A stretch of 58,401 nt of DNA, the filler included, from Squatina squatina (lineage: Eukaryota), in NCBI GenBank assembly GCA_031763465.1. It is 4 parts of 4 records of this genome, joined end to end, with 100 filler letters (N's around TTAATTAATTAA, not from the genome) between each part and the next. Parts side by side here need not be neighbours in the genome. Positions count along the whole stretch, not along the records: positions 46,065 to 58,401 come from JARFOE010000222.1; 3 more parts are not named here. One strand, 5' to 3'. A program made the translations under genes and the position numbers. Of this stretch, positions 50,936 through 58,401 are shown piece by piece (positions within the stretch are counted from its first letter, which is position 1; each line of letters opens with the position of its first letter). The notes beneath the pieces were generated by a model. That model searched no databases. It was not told the origin of the DNA and was given only the letters and a program-made list of their open reading frames with translations.

Positions 50936-51277
50936 GAATTTTCCGTTCCTTGTGGTACACTGAACTGCACTCAAATTCCTGAAATGCATTTTTGGCACAT
51001 GAAGCTCCCCACTCAGGGCATAAATTTATAAAATCTATTGTGCAGTTCAAAATGTATATTATTTTCAAAGATCAATTTCATGCACAGCTTAGCAATTTAT
51101 AGGGCCAGTTCACATTCCTGCATACCCAGTCACTCATTCTCCACCATGCTCACGGGTACAGTTCCCACATTTGCACTCTAAAACCTGAAGATCAATGCCA
51201 TGTTGAACATTACAATGCTTCTCTCTCTCCTTTCTATTATTCCAGAATCCTCCTGGAAAGAATGGAGAGCGCATCAA

Positions 51278-52023
51278 AGCCCAGATTTTGCAGTGGGTAA
51301 TGATGGCGAATTTTCAGTGTACTCGCAGTCATTACCCCTCTGAAACTGACTACAACTTCAGGATTTAGCGCATGCCCACCTAAATGTGGAAATCCTGAGG
51401 TTGCAGTTAGTCATTCATTGCTTCGACACAGGCTGCGCTGTGGATCTCGCATCCCTCACCCCCCAATCCCATAGCCAGCAATCAGTGAAACTGACAAAAA
51501 CTTGAGCATTTCCACTCTAATATCGCTGTTAAGTACACCACGTTGGAATAGGTGTAACTGGAGTTTTAACACCATATTGACTGTTAATCAAATGTTATGG
51601 TCCTGAAAAACTAATTTTTATATTTGTGGAATACAAATTTCTCCATTATGATAAAATTTACTATTCTTCAAAGATATTATATATTTTTTTAAACTTTGTT
51701 CATGATGCTACCTTATCTCCATGTGAAAGTCGCAACCTTTATTTTGCTCTCTAACATTTTTTTTTTAAAGTAAGGATAAAAGCTGCTTTTTTATTTCCTG
51801 ATTTGCTGTTTCTAAGAATTCGTCAATGTGATTGGTTGCTTAGCCAGCTTGATGACATCACTGTCGCTGGACGCTGACGATCCCTTAAACTTGGCGTCAA
51901 ATTCAAACTAACATCGGGAGAGATGAAATCGACGCTACAGAAATCGCTAGATCTTTGTGGGAAACTTTCTTCGAGGTCAAGGGCGAGCACCATCACTTCG
52001 CCGCTGACCGCAAAATCCGGGCC
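51278..52023 (+). mobile_element. About 745-bp non-autonomous DNA transposon with terminal inverted repeats
   Basis: Left end agcccagattttgcag pairs with right end ccgcaaaatccgggcc. No coding capacity. A second copy is at 50185. Confidence 0.75.
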
Positions 52024-52574
52024 AATGTCAACTGATACCAATGTCTTACAGGGATATTTTTCTTTCCCTTCTTGTAATTCACTGGCAAGTTAGTTCCTTG
52101 TTTCTGGGCAGTTCTAGTTATCAGTGTTAGGCTGTTTTCTTATTTACAAAGTATAAGGTATTTTTCTGAAATAGGTGGTGGAAATGCTGATGGGAGCAGA
52201 ATCCAAAAGATGGCTTTCGAATCTGAATTAAATTAGGTCAGAATGCTAAATATTTGTNNNNNNNNNNNNNNNNNNNNNNNNNNNNNNNNNNNNNNNNNNN
52301 NNNNNNNNNNNNNNNNNNNNNNNNNNNNNNNNNNNNNNNNNNNNNNNNNNNNNNNNNNNNNNNNGAGTGCAGTACGAGGTCCAGTTAATTATATATATAT
52401 TTTTAAAAGTGATTATAAAGCAGTTCATTTTATCTGGTAAGTGAAATATGGATTCTGTTTTTTCTTTTGCTGAAGTCTGAGCACACACATTATACATTCA
52501 CCATGTTAGCAGTTTCTTTTGGTAAGTGGGGACTCTCCGGCACCCTTTACATTAAAAGTTTTTTTTGTTTTAAG

Positions 52575-52890
52575 TTATTTGCAAACAAACTGATCAACTA
52601 TTTGGGTGCATTTTTTGCATTTGACGTAACAGCACCAATGGAATTTACAATGGCACCTTTCAACTTGCACAGTCTTGAACTGATCATAACCCCGTCCACA
52701 GCACATTAGCTCACAGCCATCCATTCCCTCAGAGGTCTTGTTACAGAGACGACCCGTTGTGCCCAGGGAGCCCGTGGTCTCATTCTTCACACAGTAATCA
52801 GGGCTCTGGTCGAGATAAACTAGGTCATCCGCAGTGGGAGGATTGAAGCGGCTGTTTACCAGCTCCAGCTTCCCTTTGCGGTTGATTTTC
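52575..52890 (-). CDS. WNT5B: Wnt-5b terminal coding exon, 5'-truncated by gap
   Basis: [15 protein letters not shown]...[54 protein letters not shown] and VQVERC are 5b-type rather than 5a-type. Confidence 0.93.
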
Positions 52891-52990
52891 NNNNNNNNNN
52901 NNNNNNNNNNNNNNNNNNNNNNNNNNNNNNNNNNNNNNNNNNNNNNNNNNNNNNNNNNNNNNNNNNNNNNNNNNNNNNNNNNNNNNNNNN

Positions 52991-53106
52991 GAGTACCTTC
53001 ACCACACGGACTGCAGCTCACCACCACCTTCTCAAGGGCAATTAGGGATGGGCAATAAATGCTGGCCTTACTATTGACGTCCACATCCCAGGAACGAACA
53101 AAAAAA
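52991..53106 (+). mobile_element. LINE 3' end (same family as 10994)
   Basis: ccttcaccacacggactgcagc...caccttctcaagggcaattagggatgggcaataaatgctggcc, then an A-rich tail. Confidence 0.8.
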
Positions 53107-54668
53107 TGTTTAAGGGTGGGGTGAGAGGAAGATGAGATATCACTTGGCCTGATACGTAAGATTCTGTATATTTAGAAATGTTTAAACTTAATTGTAATCT
53201 TCAAGTGCAAAAACATTCCGACTGAAATGCAAAAAAACTATTTTATTTGCTGTCAGTTTTTTTTTTCTGATCATTTACTTCACAACCCCCAGGAAAGAGG
53301 AGGGAGGGAAGACAGACAATTGTCAAACTCAGAGTTAACTCTCATTGGATCAGCTATAAATATTTGAATACATCCAAATACGATGGAAATAATGCAACAG
53401 TTGAGTGGGATGGTCCTGCCATGCTTATATTAAGGAGCTGGACTGCTAATCTGATCAGGGTGAATTAGTTCTGGTTTTCCCATCATTGAACTGTAACAAG
53501 TCTTTTTGTTTCCAATAATAAACTGATATGAACCAGGATGTGCCTGAGTAACCCCAAGAGATCAGAAATAAAAACAGCAGCATTCGCCACTGTTCCCGGA
53601 CAAAACCTGCAAGTCGATACTTATGTAAAAAGTGCTTAAAGAAACATTTTACTCACTTCTACTTCAGGGCGACTATTGAAACTCAATCTGCAAATGAAAC
53701 TGTGATCCTTCAATGTCATTTAAGCGTCACATTAGCCGTAACCAAGATATTTTTAAGTAGCTGAATTGTAAAAGTGAATATCTTATTAAAACACATTTGT
53801 ATCTACTTTTCCTACGAAGGTCAATTCTAGCTGGAGAAACGCAGGTGTATAGAAGTTTCCGTCATTATCGTTCCTCTGCCTAACAATCTAATCGAACCTA
53901 AATCCATATGGTAGTTTGTTGGAGAATNNNNNNNNNNTCTATCAATAGAAACCATCGAGGAAGCTGAACAAAAAAGTGAAACAGTGATGGCCATTATTTA
54001 CCAGCTTCAAACCCCACAATAGTGAACAAAGTGCAGGTGCAGAGATCTGGCTCTCTTTTAATCTAACTATGGGCAAAAGATTGAGTAAAGCGACCGAGAA
54101 GAACGCCAAACGGACTTGTGTACAACATCGTCACCCGTCACTTGTTTAATGAATGAGTTTTCCCGGCAAGGCAAACATCTGAAAAAGCACATTACGTAAA
54201 CAAAAGCAACCAACCTTTCCAAAATTCCGCCCCCCGCCCCAACCCCACTCCACCCCCCGGCATAAAGAAAGAAAACCGATTTAAAGAATGGGAAAGTCCT
54301 GGAACTCTGGCCAAGTCCCCCAATCCATCTGCTCTGCATATGGAGTTCAGCTCCATTCTCTCCCAGCCCTCTGACACCTCCATTTATTGTACTGTGTGTC
54401 GGAAACATCAATCTAGCCCCGGATTTCTCGAGTCCCTGTCACTGGATAATTGAATTTCAAAAAGGCAGGGACAATGCATCGAGGCGACACCTTACTATAA
54501 CCCGAAGCAACGAGGACTAATGATTCGCAGGGCCGCGCTTTCCAGAGGAAAGGGTTCGGTGCACTTTTGTTGAAAGGGGACGAACAAAACGGATCTAACA
54601 CTTGCGTGCTAAACTTTTCTTTCATTGAAGCATTTTTTTTTGTTATGTACCTAAGTGGAAAGTCTCAC

Positions 54669-54916
54669 CTATCTGCATTACTCTTCCAAACACGGAGGTG
54701 TTATCCACGGTGCTGCAGTTCCATCGCCTCTGTCTGAACTGGTACTGGCATTCCTTGATGCCCGTCTTTGCCCCCTCTCCAATATAAACCATATGATCCT
54801 GGTACAACTGGCACAGTTTCCTCTGGCCCTGCGACAGGCCGTTCAGTTGACTGCAGAGAGGTTGGGCGCCTATAATATACATCTCAGGCCGCTGAATGGG
54901 GTTCATAGCCAGCGAC
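54669..54916 (-). CDS. WNT5B: Wnt-5b internal exon (248 nt)
   Basis: ctttag acceptor and GTGAGA donor. [24 protein letters not shown]...[27 protein letters not shown]. Phase matches the upstream exon (TG|G). Confidence 0.95.
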
Positions 54917-55767
54917 CTAAAGCGGGTTTTAAAAGACACACAGGTAATTAGGGAACTTGGAGAAGCGGCGCATATCTGTTTCGATTTTCCTTGAATTTTG
55001 CTGTATTGACCGAAATGACTATTTGTTAGCCCTGATGTTTTTTAAACAGTTATAAGCGGATTGCAGTTAACTCTGCAACATTAAGAACCTGCATTTGACT
55101 CCATTAATCGCCTGCATATTGGAGTATTCAGTTCGTCATCAGCATATAAATGTCATTTTATTTTCAAGAAGCCATTAGGGAACCGTCCAATGTCGTAGAG
55201 AATATAGCTCACCCTTTTAACGAACCTCCTGAAATAAAACAATCAGCATTTTCCAGATATACCGGACCACTAAACTACCAACATAGCAACTGAAAACCTC
55301 CCATCGCGTAGGTTATATTGGAGCAGTATATACATTTAAACACGTAGAATTATTTTGTGAGAGACTATACCTAAGTGTGTCGGTCTCTGTGTGAGGGAGA
55401 ATACACACGTTTTTTAAAAAAAATTAAGAGTTAAAGGTCTCAGACATCGGTGTATCTACCAGCGTGCTGTAAATTGTCCTTTCAACACAAACAGGCTATT
55501 ATACAGCCTAAGTATACACAGCCGAAATTAAAAATTATAGTTATTATACAGTCTCCTGAAGTTCGATTACAATGTTACATTCCGAATCATTGCTTAATCA
55601 TGCATTCTCCAACAGAACTCCATTATTACAGCCGAGTGGCATAATATGTAACAAAACTTAGCATTGGTGTGTACTGATATTCTACAGCGAAGTTCCGCGC
55701 CATCCGAATCGAGTGGAGTCCCCCGAACTTGACAGTAAGTTAAAGTGCAAAACGTTTAGGCACTTAC

Positions 55768-55847
55768 CACCAAGAGTTTGCCTGAACCAAGCACTGGGAA
55801 CAGCTGGAGAGCAAAGCGGCAGCCAACAAAACGTGAAGCCCAGTCAT
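55768..55847 (-). CDS. WNT5B: Wnt-5b signal-peptide exon (MTGLHVLLAAALLSSCSQCLVQANSWW)
   Basis: accATG start, hydrophobic signal peptide ending in the conserved ANSWW, GTAAGT donor. The exon acceptor (ttttatttacag) places the exon start at 55916. Confidence 0.92.
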
Positions 55848-56819
55848 GGTGAGCCTGGCCGGGGTGAAGCCTGCATGGAGCGCTCCCTGCGCCAGCAATC
55901 GCACTGCCACAGTCCTCTGTAAATAAAAGTCAAAGGCAATCAGCCCAGCACTCCGACCAGTCCGACAGCACCTCGACACGCCAGTTTCTTTGGGATTCTA
56001 GTATTATTCCTGTTGAACTATCGAGTTATAGTCCTTGCTTTACGATCCCAAGCTGAAGTATCTGAGGTCCGATTGAATCCTAACGATTCTCTTATGAAAG
56101 ACAAGAGTTTTTATGAGGGTCCATCTCCTCGCTCCGATTGGTCAGAGGCTGTCACACTAAATGGGGAAAGCTTTTTTTAAGCTTGGCATATGAAAGTAAG
56201 TTTACACATTGAAGCAAAAGATAAACTTGTCGAAAGGGACGTCTCCTCCATTCCATTCGGTTTCCCCTCAGAAACCTGGTGAGGTCTCTATGCGACAACA
56301 TAAAAAATGGAATATAACTATGTTCAGGTCTGGGTAGGAGGGGGAGGGCGAGGATCCAGCAACAGCAGCCAACAACACCACAGCACTCCTTCCGAGAAGG
56401 TCTCGACCACCAGTGTTAGCCAAACACCAAATGGATACAGATTGTGGGCTGTACAAACACGATATCCTGGGGTTGGAGGATGATACACCAGCATACCACA
56501 GCTAGTCCAAGAAAAGCGCCTTCCCATCTGTTGAACCGTTCAACAAGCTGAATAGAAATTTGGCGTCAATAAACTTTTGGGCCATCTAACATGTTGTTTA
56601 ATACCTGGATGGTTTAAGGNNNNNNNNNNNNNNNNNNNNNNNNNNNNNNNNNNNNNNNNNNNNNNNNNNNNNNNNNNNNNNNNNNNNNNNNNNNNNNNNN
56701 NNNNNNNNNNNNNNNNNNNTGAGAAGTATCTGTCTGATCCAAAGTCGTCTAGTGTGGAGGGGTTTATGCGGTCTCAGCATTGCCTTAGATCACGCAAAAT
56801 TCCTTTCAATAAATTAGTT

Positions 56820-57300
56820 TGGCTATAATTTACACCACGTGCCCCGTCCAGATAGTCGTGGTGGCGGTGTGACTCTCATCGCCAATTTGTTCTGTTCCCC
56901 TACTCCTTCGGCACTATCTCATCCTTTGAGAATTTCACCTTATTCCACCCCTCTCACCTCTCAATGAAAATTCTTGTTCACTACTGCCCACCAAAGTACC
57001 ATAAAAATCTTATAACTGAGATACCTTCACTGTTTTCATTCCTCTGCCTCTGCACTAAATGACTTCTCATCCTCGGTGACTTCAAACTCTATTTCAATTC
57101 ATCATGCACTCTCTGCTCTGAGTTCATTACCCTCATATCCTCCCTTAATCTCTCCCTCAATGTAAACTCCCCAACCCATATTCACAGCCATCCCCTCGAC
57201 CTTGTCATCTCTCGTGGCCTCGCTACTCCCATCGTGTCCATTGCAGGTAAGGCCATCTCTGACCACTTACTTGTATCATTCACACCTATATTCCTCTTCC
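56820..57300 (+). mobile_element. L2 LINE endonuclease fragment
   Basis: HHVPRPDSRGGGV, LLILGDF, NSPTHIHSHPLDLVISRGL and ISDH APE motifs with stops and frameshifts. Confidence 0.8.
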
Positions 57301-57689
57301 CNNNNNNNNNNNNNNNNNNNNNNNNNNNNNNNNNNNNNNNNNNNNNNNNNNNNNNNNNNNNNNNNNNNNNNNNNNNNNNNNNNNNNNNNNNNNNNNNNNN
57401 NCCCCTCATAATATCTCCATCTTTAACTTGCCATCTGCTTTCCATTACACCTTTGTGAAGGGAAATTTTTCTACATTAAAGGCTCTAAATAAATACAAGT
57501 GGTTGTTGTTGCTGTTCCAAATTTATCTTGCTGGTTTGGACAGATTGTGTGTGTGTGGGAGGTGGGGGGTGGAGGAAGAGTCAAAACAACAGTTCTAAAG
57601 TTACGAGATCAGAATATTGTTTAGAGGAGCTTCCCTAAAAGACTAAATAGGTATATGCATTGCATGGTGCGGTAATAAACAATACAGAC

Positions 57690-57910
57690 TAGGAAGGTTT
57701 CAAGTCCAATTCCTTATTTTTAATGAACTTGTTGATCTCACCAGTGCAGTAATGGGGCAACTGGCCTCTTAGGCGAAGGAATGGAAAAATTAGCCAAAGT
57801 TCCCACTCCTGATTAAGGTCCAGAGGCTGACCCTCCTCCCCCACCACCTGAAAAGCAGATACAAAGGTAAGGAAAGGATCAGGTTCAGTTGTGGTGCCTT
57901 CCACCCATTG
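57690..57910 (+). mobile_element. Degenerate tRNA-derived SINE (family of 19-300)
   Basis: gttgatctca..., gttcccactcctgatt and aggatcaggttcagttgtg are reverse complements of motifs in 19-300. Confidence 0.5.
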
Positions 57911-58292
57911 TCAATAGCCTGCTAAAATTCATGGATGTCCAATCGGTCTGATTTTTGGCGCTAAAATAATGCTAAACAGGCGGTAGTGGCCTAATGCCGA
58001 TTTTTGGCGCTAAGTGGCCCGCTCAGCTATTGGGGGGGGGGGGTGCCAGCGCAGGCGCAAAATCAGCGGGGGTCCTGGAGTGCTAGAAATGCAACAGCCG
58101 GTGCTAGATGGCGTTGATGGCATCATCAGCCGGTGCAGCACCCAAAATGCAATTCGCCAGTGTTTGTAAGTATAAAAAGTGGTGGTGACATCGCCTGTTT
58201 TTTTGGGCAGTGACACTCCGTGTGGAGTGATTTATAGCGGTATTTGTAAGTGAAAACGGGCTGAAAATTTACAGGAAAAAAATCAGCCTTTT

Positions 58293-58401
58293 AGAAACGT
58301 AGAAAATAGGTACAGGAGTAGGCTATTTGGCCCTTCGAGCCTGCACTGCCATTCAACACGATCATGGCTGATCTTTCAACTCAGTACCCCGTACCTGCTT
58401 T
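58293..58401 (-). mobile_element. CR1 LINE 3' end
   Basis: agaaacgtagaaaataggtacaggagtaggctatttggcccttcgagcctgc is the antisense CR1 tail. Confidence 0.8.

Noticed and set aside
34914-55847. COL22A1-WNT5B functional gene cluster
   Set aside because: The two genes are separated by an artificial linker at 46009 and many gaps. There is no evidence of physical linkage.
56190-56201. ATGAAA|GTAAGT as a WNT5A-like coding exon 1 for WNT5B
   Set aside because: It is on the plus strand, opposite to WNT5B.
1911-57458. ORFs in the track that span X runs
   Set aside because: Their length comes from N gaps, and they join unrelated contigs.

Overview
Eukaryotic vertebrate DNA, most likely a cartilaginous fish (shark/ray), judged from the SacSINE1/DeuSINE-like SINEs, CR1, L2 and Tx1 LINEs and Harbinger remnants. 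It comes from a very fragmented assembly: roughly 40 N-gaps, mostly fixed at 100 or 10 N. Three gaps contain an artificial TTAATTAATTAA six-frame-stop linker that splits the window into four apparently unrelated blocks. Block 1 (1-18936) has the conserved HMGN3(-)/LCA5(-)/SH3BGRL2(+) order, plus an out-of-place GGT7 exon. Block 2 (19037-32625) has a 2.3 kb 29-bp satellite, SINEs and a decayed 28S rRNA fragment. Block 3 (32726-45964) has the COL22A1 vWA exon, an unrecognised 154-codon exon, Tx1/Harbinger relics and a 33-bp minisatellite. Block 4 (46065-58401) has three WNT5B exons and a TIR-bounded non-autonomous DNA transposon. All genes are partial because exons fall in gaps. I see no convincing new biological system. 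The best leads are the orphan exons, the misplaced GGT7 exon, an in-frame stop in LCA5 and a possible WNT5B N-terminal extension, and several of these may be assembly artefacts. Homology calls are from memory of the protein families, not from database searches.
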